Assembly (NCBI GenBank): GCA_026392115.1
Contig: JAPLCQ010000064.1
Coordinates: forward strand, 64,698-128,697
Source of the DNA: Armatimonadota bacterium
GTDB taxonomy: Bacteria > Armatimonadota > Chthonomonadetes > Chthonomonadales > CAJBBX01
Length of the DNA stretch: 64,000 bases
Direction: 5' to 3'
In this document: in pieces, positions 33,749 to 43,200 of the stretch
How the letters are laid out: every line of letters starts with the position of its first letter
Position numbering within the stretch: position 1 is the first letter of the stretch
Notes under the pieces: generated by a model
The model's database searches: none
The model's input: only the letters and a program-made list of their open reading frames with translations
What the model was told of the DNA's origin: nothing
Program-made: the position numbers and the translations under genes

Positions 33749-36700
33749 ATGCCTGTAGAAACCATAATCGCGGGCTCGGTGGCGGGCGCCGTCATCAAGG
33801 CCGTGGCAATGTACTACCTGGGCGGCAACGTGCTGCAGCAGGCCGCCATGGATGTGCTGGACCTGGCCACGGCGCTGACCCAGGATGAAGCTGATGCCAG
33901 GAAGACCAAGCGCGTACTGGAGTCGGCCGGCGAGAAGGTCGAAGCGGAAATGCGGCGCATCTTTGCCACCCAGGCCAGCGGGCTGTCGCCTGAGTCGGTG
34001 GAGCCGTTGGCGCTGACCTTTCGCGATGCCATCCAGCTCCACGCGCCGACACCCGAGTTGCTCCGCGATCCAACGCTGAACCCCGAGATGATCTTCGCGC
34101 GGCTTCGCGAGGGTGCGTTCGCCCCTAAGAGGAGGTACACCGCGCCGGGCACACCGGAATGGCGCGACTTTGGCCCTGCCGAGGAGCAGTTTCTGGAGCG
34201 CACGCTTAGGGACTACAGCATCCGCCTCATGTCGGTGATCGACACCATGCCTGCTCGGCCGGCCGTGCGGGAGTTGGCTCGGCGGGAGGCCGAGTGTCAC
34301 GCGAAGCTTGAGGCGATGGTGCAGGGCTGGGTCCTGGTGCTCGAGCAATCCCTCAGCAGCAGCAGGAACGAGGACTGGCAGCACTTCCACGAACAGTACT
34401 GCTCAGAGGTAGCTCGGGAGCTGGATCGGGTGGAGCTATTTGGGGCCAACCTGAACAGCTGCCGCCGCTGGTCGCTGAGCGTTGCGTATGTGACGCTCGG
34501 GGTGGGTGAGGCCGGAGGCGATGCGCGGGAGGCGTCCGAGACCTCGTTCGTCGATCAGGTGGTTCGTGCGCACCCGCGCCTGCTGATCCACGGCGCCGCG
34601 GGTTCCGGCAAGACCACCCTGGGCCAGTGGCTCGCCGTGCGGGCCGCCAGGCAGGACCAGCTGGAGCAGGCGCCCGAGCTTCGGGGCCTCGTACCGTTCT
34701 TCATCAAGCTCCGGCGGTTCTCCGACGGCAAGTTTCCCGCTCCCGAGGAGTTCCCGAAGTGCGCCGCGCCCAACTACGGCGGCGCCGTGCCGCCCGGATG
34801 GGTGCAGACCCAGATGAAGGGTGCGATCATCATCCTGGACGGCGTGGACGAGCTGTCGGAAGCCGCTCAGGAGAAGGCCAGGGACTGGATCATTGGCCTT
34901 GTAGAGACCTTCCCGGAGGCGCGCTACGTGGTCACTTCGCGGCCCTACGCCGCCAAGGACGGCTGGCTGACGAAGAGCGGCTTCGCGGAAGCCATGCTCA
35001 TGCCCATGCGCGAGCACAATGTGGCCACCTTCGTCGAGCAGTGGCACAAGGCGGTGGCCGAGGGAGCCACGGAGGATAGCGAGAAGGCGGCGCTGCTTGC
35101 CGATGCCGGTATGCTGGCCAAGCAGATCGTCGGTGACCATGCATTGCGTGCCCTGGCCACCACGCCTCTCCTCTGCGCCCTCCTCTGCGCCCTCTACCAT
35201 GAGACCCACAGGCACCTGCCCAAGGTGCGGATGCAGCTCTATCGGGCCTGCTGCGAGATGCTGGTCGACCGCCGCGACCGCGAGCGCGACGTGATGATCG
35301 ACCGGGACTACCCGCGACTGGAGCAAGACGCCAAGCTGCGTCTGCTCCAGGATGCGGCGCTCTGGATGGTGCAGGCCGATTGCAGGGACCAGAAGTGGGA
35401 CGAGGTCATGCTCTGGCTGGAACCCCGCGTGGCCGGCCTGCGCGGCATGCCGCAGGGCATGGGGGCCGGGCATGTGCTGCGCCTGCTCACCCATCGGACA
35501 GGGGTGATGCGCGAGCCCGCCGCCGGTGTGGTGGACTTCGCCCACCTGGTGCTGCGCGACTACCTGGCGGCCGAGGCCTTTGTGCGGGAGCGTCACTTCG
35601 GTCCCCTGGATGCCCTCGCCTCGCGGCCGGGTGAAGGTGAGATCATAGCGCTGGCGGCGGGTATCGCCGGCAAGAAGGATGCGGAGCGGATCATCAAGAC
35701 GCTCCTGAACCCGCCCGTATGGCGCCGGCGGGAACGGGTCCGGCGGTCGCTCCTGGGCGCCGCGTGCTTGGAGACCGTCGTGGAGCTTGAACAGGGCCTC
35801 CGCACTCAGGTGGAGTCCCGCCTGGCCGACGTCTTCCCTATCAAGAGCCGGTCCGACGCGGAGATGGTCGCCCGCGCGGGCGAGATGGCGGTACCGCACC
35901 TCAGGTACGACGCGTCGGCCTCACCTGCCACGATGCGTTGGTGCGCGGCCGCGCTGGCGCTGATGGACAGCGACGGCGCGCGTGTCGCCTTGAACGAGTA
36001 CGTACCGGCCATGGATCGCGACCCCGGCCTGCGGATCGAGCTGCTGCGGGCGTTGGGCGGGCGCCTGAACGGCCAGGAGTATGTGGGCATTCCGGGTGGC
36101 GCGTGTGAGTTCGACGCGTCCATCGGCGCCGTCAGGATTCAGCCGTTCCAGTTGGGCAAGTACCCGGTGACCGTGGCGCAGTACCGGGAGTTCACGGAGG
36201 TGACCGGTCGTCGGATGCCGAAGCCGCCGGACTGGGGCTGGGTCCCGGACCACGCCATGGTGAACGTGTCGTGGTTCGATGCGCGCGACTACTGCGAATG
36301 GACCGGCGGTCGGCTCCCCACCGAGGAGGAGTGGGAGTGGGCCGCTAGCTGGGATCAGGCGAAGCGTCGTTGTCGTGTCTACCCATGGGGCGACGAATGG
36401 GACCCCGCCGCTTGCGCCAACTCCGTTGACACTCGGCTGGCTGGCACCGTGGCTGTGGGTAGCTACCCTTCCGGCGTCAGCCCTTGCGGTTGCTACGACA
36501 TGGCAGGCAATGTGTGGGAGTGGTGTGCCAGTCCATATGAAAGAGATGCCGATGATAAGCAGACGGATGTCTCCTGTGTGCTGCGCGGCGGGTCGTGGCA
36601 CAGCGCCGACCCGGACGCCTTCCGGTGTGCCTACCGCAGCATCAACCGCCCGGACGCCCGCTTCGTCATCTACGGTTTCCGTGGCGCCAGGACTGTCTGA
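33749..36700 (+). CDS. NLR-like STAND NTPase: helical N-terminal domain of unknown type, NACHT module, helical repeats, and a C-terminal FGE-sulfatase (SUMF1/EgtB/PvdO-like) domain
   Basis: 983 aa, AGGAGG 6 nt upstream of the ATG.
- aa 1-25: hydrophobic helix IIAGSVAGAVIKAVAMYYLGG.
- aa ~225-250: pre-NACHT block LDRVELFG...LSVAYVTL.
- aa 282-289: Walker A GAAGSGKTT.
- aa ~359-367: Walker B IIILDGVDE, followed by VVTSRP.
- Winged-helix block: FAHLVLRDYLAAEAF.
- aa 778-983: FGE fold (YPVTVAQYREF, VNVSWFDARDYCEW, RLPTEEEWEWAA, GNVWEWC, LRGGSW). Confidence 0.85.
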   Translation: MPVETIIAGSVAGAVIKAVAMYYLGGNVLQQAAMDVLDLATALTQDEADARKTKRVLESAGEKVEAEMRRIFATQASGLSPESVEPLALTFRDAIQLHAPTPELLRDPTLNPEMIFARLREGAFAPKRRYTAPGTPEWRDFGPAEEQFLERTLRDYSIRLMSVIDTMPARPAVRELARREAECHAKLEAMVQGWVLVLEQSLSSSRNEDWQHFHEQYCSEVARELDRVELFGANLNSCRRWSLSVAYVTLGVGEAGGDAREASETSFVDQVVRAHPRLLIHGAAGSGKTTLGQWLAVRAARQDQLEQAPELRGLVPFFIKLRRFSDGKFPAPEEFPKCAAPNYGGAVPPGWVQTQMKGAIIILDGVDELSEAAQEKARDWIIGLVETFPEARYVVTSRPYAAKDGWLTKSGFAEAMLMPMREHNVATFVEQWHKAVAEGATEDSEKAALLADAGMLAKQIVGDHALRALATTPLLCALLCALYHETHRHLPKVRMQLYRACCEMLVDRRDRERDVMIDRDYPRLEQDAKLRLLQDAALWMVQADCRDQKWDEVMLWLEPRVAGLRGMPQGMGAGHVLRLLTHRTGVMREPAAGVVDFAHLVLRDYLAAEAFVRERHFGPLDALASRPGEGEIIALAAGIAGKKDAERIIKTLLNPPVWRRRERVRRSLLGAACLETVVELEQGLRTQVESRLADVFPIKSRSDAEMVARAGEMAVPHLRYDASASPATMRWCAAALALMDSDGARVALNEYVPAMDRDPGLRIELLRALGGRLNGQEYVGIPGGACEFDASIGAVRIQPFQLGKYPVTVAQYREFTEVTGRRMPKPPDWGWVPDHAMVNVSWFDARDYCEWTGGRLPTEEEWEWAASWDQAKRRCRVYPWGDEWDPAACANSVDTRLAGTVAVGSYPSGVSPCGCYDMAGNVWEWCASPYERDADDKQTDVSCVLRGGSWHSADPDAFRCAYRSINRPDARFVIYGFRGARTV

Positions 36701-36806
36701 TTGCGGCTTGCGGCTTTACGACTTTACCACTTGAGCCGTGCGCAGCGCGGCTCGGTGTTGACGTTGACCTTGACGTGGGTACGGCGCGTAGCGCCGCCGA
36801 TTTGTG

Positions 36807-36957
36807 CCCTCCCCTTGCCGTGCCGCGACAGGGGAGGGTAGGGTTGGGGTTATGTCGTTGTGATATATATCTTCCATTTTAGAACCCTTACACCGACTCC
36901 CATCCCGGCCTTCTCCCTCCGCGGCTTCACCGCGCAAGCGGAAGGAGCAGGGCGGCC
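36807..36957. repeat. Composite palindromic GC-rich repeat element, full copy C (empty, no internal gene)
   Basis: The left arm is CCCTCCCCTTGCCGTGCCGCGACAGGGGAGGGTAGGGTTGGGGTT. The AT-rich core runs 36852-36890 (ATGTCGTTGTGATATATATCTTCCATTTTAGAACCCTTA). The right arm is CACCGACTCCCATCCCGGCCTTCTCCCTCCGCGGCTTCACCGCGCAAGCGGAAGGAGCAGG. By eye the right arm is about 90% identical to copies A and B. Confidence 0.85.
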
Positions 36958-37035
36958 CAGAACATGGCGATCATCGTCAAGCGCCAAGCCCGCGGCGCGG
37001 TGGCGAGGCCGTTTGTCCAACGGAGGATGCCCGAT

Positions 37036-39084
37036 ATGAACGCCGCGCTCGTCTTGTGCGCCTTGCTGGTGGCCGCGCTGCCTGTGTGCGCCGCGCCGGT
37101 CTTCCATGTGTCGCCGGCAGGAAGCGACGACGGCCCCGGGAGCGCCGGGCGGCCCTTCGCCACGCTGGAGCGCGCCCGTGATGCGGTGCGATCGTTGCGG
37201 CGGAGGGGCGGCGCGCGGGTGGTCCTCCATGCCGGCGCCTACGAGCGGGCGGCCGCCTTCGAGTTGACCGAGGCCGACGGCGGGGCGCCGGGCCGCCCGG
37301 TTGTCTGGGAAGCCGCGCCGGGCGCCGAGGTGCGGCTGCTGGGCGGGCGGGTCGCGCCCGCGTCCCTCTTCCAGCCCGCCTCCGACCCTCTAATCGTGGA
37401 CCGGCTCGATCCGGCCGCCCGTGGCCGCGTCCTCGTCGCGGGCTTCGATGCGCTGGGCCTGAAGGGCTCCGAGGCGTTCCCCACCACCTACCACGGCGCG
37501 CCGCCCGGGCCGGAGCTCTTCTTCAACGGTGAGCGGCTACGGCTGGCCTGCTGGCCCAACAAGGGTTGGGCGCACATCGCCCGCGTGGTGGACCCCGGTT
37601 CCGAGCCGAGGGAGGGCGACATGGCCGGCCGTCTGCCGGTCTTCGCGTACGACGGCGACCGCCCCGCCCGCTGGAAGGCCGATGCGGGCGTCTGGCTCCA
37701 GGGCTACTGGCGCTTCGACTGGTACGACCAGGTCATCAATGTCGGCGCCATCGACGCGGCGGCCCGCACCATCACGCTGGCCGCGCCGCACGTCTACTCG
37801 CTGAAGCCCGGCAACCCCTCGCCGCGCCGGTTTCGCGCGCTCAACGTGCTGGAGGAGCTGGACGAGCCCGGCGAGTTCGTCATCGATGTGGCGGGCCGCC
37901 GCGTCTTCCTCTGGCCGCCGGCCGACCCGTCCGCCGCGCGGGTGGAGGTCTCGACGCTGAACGCGCCGGTCATCGCCCTGCGCGGCGCGTCGGACCTCAC
38001 CATCAGGGGCCTCGCCGTGGAGTGCGGCCTCGCCGGCGGCATCGAGGTCGAGGGCGGACGGAGTTGCGTCATCGACGCTTGCCGGGTCCGAAACCTGCGC
38101 CATACCGGCGTCCGGGTCGCCAGCGGGACGCTGCATCGGGTTCAGAACTGCGACATCCACGACACGGGCACGGGCGGGCTGGAGATGCAGGGCGGCGACC
38201 GCAAGACGCTGCAACCGGCCGGTCACCAGGCGCTCAACAACCACATTTGGCGCTTCTCCATTCACCAGTTCACCAGCGCCTACGGGCTGATCCTGGGCGG
38301 CGCGGGGAACCGGGCGGCCAACAACCTGATCCACGACGCGCCGCACCAGGCCGTCTCGCTGGTCGGCAACGACCACGTCTTCGAGCTGAACGAGGTGCAC
38401 AGCGTCTGCATGGAGACGGACGACTGCGGCGCGCTCTATAAGGGCCGGAACCCCTCCTGCCGGGGCAACCTGATCCGCTGGAACTACTGGCACGACATCG
38501 GGAGCCCCATGGGCCACGGCAACGCGGCCGTCTACTTCGACGACGGCGACGGCGGCGACACGGTCCTCGGTAATGTCTTCGTGCGGTGCGGCGACCCCGG
38601 CATCGGCTCGTTCGGCACGGTCTTCTCCCACGGCGGCCACGACATCCGGGCCGATAACAACCTCTTCGTGGAGTGCAAGCGCGCCCTGGGGTCGGCGCCG
38701 TGGGACTACCCGCGCTGGCTCGACGCGGTGCGCGGCGGGCAGGACTGCTTCTTCACCGAGAAGCTGCTCAAGGAGGTCGACATCACCCGGCCGCCCTACA
38801 CCACGCGCTACCCGGAGCTGGCGGGCTTCATGGACCCCAAGCCCGAGACGCCCCGCGTCAACCGCGCCGCCCGCAACATCCTGGTCCGCTGCGGCCAGGT
38901 CTCCGGCGGCGCCTGGCAGCTGGAGCCCGACTCCACCTGGTCCACCAACGAGGACCCCGGCTTCGTGGACATGGCCGCCGGCAAGTACACGCTGAAGAAG
39001 GGCGCCGAAGCCTTCCGCCGGGTACCCGGCTTCCAGCCCATACCGTTCGGGAGGATGGGGCTGCAGCGGCGGGGCCGACGGTGA
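37036..39084 (+). CDS. Secreted right-handed parallel beta-helix repeat protein, second
   Basis: The start is the ATG at 37036 (GGAGG 9 nt upstream). The signal peptide is MNAALVLCALLVAALPVCAAP, followed by FHVSPAGSDDGPGSAGRPFATLERARD. Beta-helix coils include LTIRGLAVECGLAGGIEV, IHDTGTGGLEM and NNLIHDAPHQAVSL. Confidence 0.8.
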   Translation: MNAALVLCALLVAALPVCAAPVFHVSPAGSDDGPGSAGRPFATLERARDAVRSLRRRGGARVVLHAGAYERAAAFELTEADGGAPGRPVVWEAAPGAEVRLLGGRVAPASLFQPASDPLIVDRLDPAARGRVLVAGFDALGLKGSEAFPTTYHGAPPGPELFFNGERLRLACWPNKGWAHIARVVDPGSEPREGDMAGRLPVFAYDGDRPARWKADAGVWLQGYWRFDWYDQVINVGAIDAAARTITLAAPHVYSLKPGNPSPRRFRALNVLEELDEPGEFVIDVAGRRVFLWPPADPSAARVEVSTLNAPVIALRGASDLTIRGLAVECGLAGGIEVEGGRSCVIDACRVRNLRHTGVRVASGTLHRVQNCDIHDTGTGGLEMQGGDRKTLQPAGHQALNNHIWRFSIHQFTSAYGLILGGAGNRAANNLIHDAPHQAVSLVGNDHVFELNEVHSVCMETDDCGALYKGRNPSCRGNLIRWNYWHDIGSPMGHGNAAVYFDDGDGGDTVLGNVFVRCGDPGIGSFGTVFSHGGHDIRADNNLFVECKRALGSAPWDYPRWLDAVRGGQDCFFTEKLLKEVDITRPPYTTRYPELAGFMDPKPETPRVNRAARNILVRCGQVSGGAWQLEPDSTWSTNEDPGFVDMAAGKYTLKKGAEAFRRVPGFQPIPFGRMGLQRRGRR

Positions 39085-39109
39085 TCTCAGCGACATCAAG
39101 GCGTGGACC

Positions 39110-39142
39110 CGACTGACATCATTGACGTCGCTGTCAGTGGCG
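39110..39142. repeat. 9-bp-period array (CTGAC/TTGAC/CTGTC)
   Basis: ACTGACATC ATTGACGTC GCTGTCAGT. It resembles 26460-26480 and 40141-40160 (TTGAC-N4-TTGTCAGCG). Confidence 0.7.
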
Positions 39143-39360
39143 GCGGCGTTTCGCCCGCGCCGCACGGCCCCATCGACTGGCGCCCGCACTCCAGGCCAAG
39201 GGGCCTTCGGACCCGTTGCCTCGCGCCCGGTCCTGCCCCGATCTCCGGTAAGATGATGCCGGTCCGCGCGATCCTTCGCGGGCCGGCTTCCATACTGCAT
39301 TCACCGGGCGAGCCAGTCTGGCGACCGGTTCCCATCTCGACGGTGTGGTGAGGGACTGAC

Positions 39361-40116
39361 ATGGCATCTGGACTGCGGGAAATGCTCGCGGTGGCGCGCA
39401 CCGTGCGGCGCGACCTGGGGCCGGGGCGCGCCTTGGCCGTTCTGGCGCACAAGTGGTGGCGCAAGCTCCGGCGCCAGAGGCCGCCCAACACCGTGGAGGC
39501 CAACCTCGAGGTCTGGGAGACCCACGACTGGTCGGAGGCCGGCGACGAGTGGACCCCTTCGCCCGAGTGGAAGCAGGCCGTGCTCACCGAGTACCTACAT
39601 GAGTACATGCCGAGCAAGGGCGCGCTGCTGGAGATCGGACCCGGCGGCGGACGCTGGACCGAGCACCTGGCGCCGCTGGCCGGGGCGCTGACCTTGGTGG
39701 ACCTGACGCCCGCCTGCATCGGCCTCTGCCGATCACGCTTCGCCGAGCACAAGCACATCGAGTACCACGTCAACGACGGCCGCTCGCTTCCCTTCGTGCC
39801 CGACGCGAGCATCGATGGCATCTGGTCGTTCGATACCTTCGTCCACATCGCGCCGCCGGACATCCACAGCTACGTGAAGGAGTTCGCCCGCATCCTGAAG
39901 CCCCATGGCGTCGCGGTGATCCACCACGCCCGGGCCGGCGCCTACAGCCGAAGCTGGCGTAGCGACATGACCGCCGAGCATATGCAGGAGTTCTGCCGCG
40001 ACTTCCGGCTCCAGGTGGTGCTGCAGCGGGACAGCCTGGCGAATGGCTCCATCCCGCTCTACCAGATGGCCACCCAGACCAAGCCCGACGTGGTCACGGT
40101 GATCCAGAAGGGGTAG
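39361..40116 (+). CDS. Class I SAM-dependent methyltransferase
   Basis: 251 aa. Motif I is LLEIGPGGGRWT, followed by LVD and an acidic loop, then DGIWSFDTFVHI and LKPHGVAVIHH. Confidence 0.8.
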   Translation: MASGLREMLAVARTVRRDLGPGRALAVLAHKWWRKLRRQRPPNTVEANLEVWETHDWSEAGDEWTPSPEWKQAVLTEYLHEYMPSKGALLEIGPGGGRWTEHLAPLAGALTLVDLTPACIGLCRSRFAEHKHIEYHVNDGRSLPFVPDASIDGIWSFDTFVHIAPPDIHSYVKEFARILKPHGVAVIHHARAGAYSRSWRSDMTAEHMQEFCRDFRLQVVLQRDSLANGSIPLYQMATQTKPDVVTVIQKG

Positions 40117-40124
40117 GCGCCCCC

Positions 40125-40210
40125 GGACGTTGCTGGCGGTGTTGACGGCGTTGTCAGCGGACGGCGCCGTTGTCGTCCCCTTTCAACTCGCCCCTTTCGA
40201 CTTTCGACTT
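40125..40210. repeat. Composite short-period repeat tract: GTTGNC 9-mers followed by TTTCGAC heptads
   Basis: GTTGCT, GTTGAC, GTTGTC and GTTGTC occur at 40129, 40141, 40150 and 40169. TTTCAAC (40181) and TTTCGAC TTTCGAC (40195-40208) follow. On the minus strand the heptads read AGTCGAA AGTCGAA, the same AGTCNAA unit as at 33337-33383. Confidence 0.75.
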
Positions 40211-40225
40211 CCCCTGCCGTTCCCC

Positions 40226-43200
40226 CTACTGCAGCGTCGGCATGGCCGCGGTTTCGCCCCGCATCTGCCTCGCCTGCTCCTCGGGGGAGTAGACGCCGTA
40301 GAAGAGGGCGTTCAGGTCGATCCACTCGGCCAGGGCCCGGCGCTCTTCGCCGCTGAGCGTGACGCCGTGGTGGCCCGATGCCAGCAGGCGCATGAGGCGG
40401 CTTCCGCGGGCGCCGTAGGCTCCGCCGGGCGGCGTCACCTGCACCTGGTTTCGCGCGCCGAAGCGGGGAACCAGCGCCTTCGCGGCGTTGCGGAGGTTGG
40501 TGGCCCCGCCGTCGAAGGTCCGACCGCCGCAGAGCGACCAGTAGGAGGCGGAGAAGGCCCCGCGCGGCGTGCCGGTCAGGTCCAGCGTGCCCGAGTCGGG
40601 GCCGTGGCAAGAGACGCAACGCCGGTCGAGGACGGGCTGCACCGAGGCCATGTAGGAGTAGGGGCGGCCGTCGCGCGGACCCGCGAGGAGCTTGGAGGGC
40701 GGCCGCCGCATGGCCATGACCGCGCCCGAGGCGGTGCGGCCGCCTTCGGACCTGCCCTCGTGGCAACCCACGCACGAGATGCGCTCGCCGCGCTGCAGGT
40801 AGGTGAGAGAGCGCATGGTCTGCACCGCCGCGCCGTCGGCGTCCAGCGCCTGGAAGAGGATCGGCTTCATGGCGGGGACCGTGAAGCGCGCCGAGCCGTC
40901 GGCCTCCACGGGCACGACGCCCAGCACCGCCCGGGCGTTCTCCTCGCCGGCCAGGCCCACGGCGGGCGCGTCGGCGATGTTGGTCGTCTTCGGGAAGATC
41001 TGCACCACTCGCAGCTGCTTCACCGTGCCGCGGGCGATGCCGGGCAGGCCCCGGTAGACGTCCTGCAGCGTCACCTCGCCGGTATCGGGCGCGGACTTCG
41101 GCAGCGTGGATGCCGGCGCGGGCGGGCAGGGGCGCGGGCGGAGCGGGATGGGCGTGGTGGCGCCGATCTCGGGATCGCGGTAGAGGAGCTCGCGGTTGCC
41201 GTGGGCGTCCTGCAGGTAGATGCCCAGCGCGTCGGGCCGGTTCGCGCCGGGCTCCCAGACCAGCGGGTAGGGGCTGTAGGCGACCAGGAAGGCGCGCTCC
41301 GAGAGCGGCCAGGGGCTGCAGTAGTACTCGCGGATGTCGTTGCCCTCGGCCTCGGGGAAGGGCACCGCGGGCGTGATGCGGGTGAGCGCCTTGTGGCCGT
41401 TCTCGCCCTTGGTCGGGTCGAGGACGACGATGGAGCCCGCCGTCATGGAGTGGTGCGCCGAGGCCGTGAAGACCCATTTGGCGGTGCCGGGGATGGGCTG
41501 GGCCTGGAAGGAGCAGTGGGGCGAGGGCGTGGCGTTGCCCCAGAGGTTGGCCGGCGCGGTGCCGTCGGGGCGCGTGGTCCATAGGTTCTGGTGGGTCACG
41601 GCGTCGCGGTCGATGTAGTCCCATCGGGCGTAGACGATCTGGCCGTCGCGCCCCACGTTGGGGAACCATTCGTTGGTGTCGTGCATCGAGAGCAGGCGCA
41701 GGCCGGAGCCGTCGGGCTGCACGCGGTGGAGCGTGTAGACGTGGGTCCGCTTGCTGAAGCCCGCCCCGAAGCAGCGCGAGTAGCCGCCGCGCCGCGTAGA
41801 GCTGAAGACGATGCCGCCGTCGGGCAGGTAGTTGGGCATCAGGTCGTCGAAGGGGCCGCGCGTGATCTGCCGCAGCCCGCCGCGGAGGTCGGCTTCATAG
41901 ACGTGATAGGAGCGCTCCTCGGGGCTCTCAACGCCCAGCGCGGAGGGGTCGGGCTCGGCGGCGCGGCAGTCGACCCAGGAGAAGACCACCCGCTTGCCGT
42001 CATATGAGAGGCGGGGCTCCAGCACGCTGCCGTGGGCGAGGCGCCCGCCCAGGATGTCGCGGCACTGGAGCGAGAATCCGGGTCGGTCCAGCAGGAAGAC
42101 GCCCCCGCCGGCCCGCGCCCGCCAGCCGTAGTACTGCATGACGAGGTGGCTGTAGGAGGGCGGCACGCGCTTGTTGAAGAGGATGGGCGTGCGCGGCAGG
42201 AGCGGGTTGGCCAGCGCCACGCGCCGCTTGAGCCACCGGACCCGGAAGTAGAGCGACCGGGCCTGCGCCTCGGTGAGGTCGGGACGCAGCGAGAGCGGGG
42301 CCATGGAGCGCCACTGCGCGCGCTCGGTTGCCAGCGGCATGGCGGCGGAGCGCGCGAGGTCGGCCATGAGCCGCCAGGCGCCCTCCAGGTGGGTCCGCGC
42401 GGCCATGGTGAACGAGCGGGGCTGGGCGGGCGCCTCGGTCGAGGCGGTGAGGCCGTCTTCCCTGAGCCAATCGGCGGCGACGAGCCACCAGAGGCCCAGT
42501 TCCAGGCTTCCCGAGCCCGGCGCGGCGGCCACTCCCATGGTCGCGCAGGCCAACCGCAATGATCGCCGGAGCCCGGCCATGGGCGCGGCGCACGCGGCGT
42601 CGCGCAGGGCCTCGTCCAGGGCGCGGAAGCCGTTGGCCGAGGGGCCCTTGTAGGCGGCAAGCACCGTGGTCGAGCTACCGGCGCGGAGCCGAACGGAGCC
42701 ATCGGCTGTCAGTTCGGCCTCCACCGGGCCGGGTTCGGCCATGGCGACGGCCACGCCGCCGGTGTCGTCGGCATCGGCCAGCACGGCCACCGGGAGCGCT
42801 CCGGACGGCAGCGCCGCGCGTTCCGTGGCGGGCAGGCGGCAGACGAAGGGCGAGCTGTCGGCACGGATGCCGCTGAGCGCATGACCGGCGGGACCGGCGG
42901 CGTCGGCGCGCTCCATCTCGTAGGACCAGCCCTGGGCGCCCTGCTTGCCGGCATCGAACGCGGCGGAGGCCCGCAGGCGGCGGCCATCGGGGAGCGTGAC
43001 CACGGGATCCCAGTAGGTGGTGTCGCAGGGGATGTCGCCGCGCTTCAGCGCCACGAAGCGGAGCGCGTCGCCCTGCCGAACCTGCAGCGTGAGGCCGGGG
43101 TCCACGCCGGTGGGATCGTTGTAGGCGATGTCGGCCGACCAGACGGTGCGGGCATTGAGGCGGATCTCGGCGCGGATCCCGTCGCCGCCGTTCAGGTCGG

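Noticed and set aside
39085-39360. Possible tRNA or small RNA gene in the 276-bp spacer before the methyltransferase gene
   Set aside because: I could not find a cloverleaf-compatible arrangement or conserved T-loop or anticodon-loop sequences by eye. Only a generic GC hairpin (CCGGTCCGCGCGATCCTTCGCGGGCCGG) is present, and that alone does not support calling an RNA gene.
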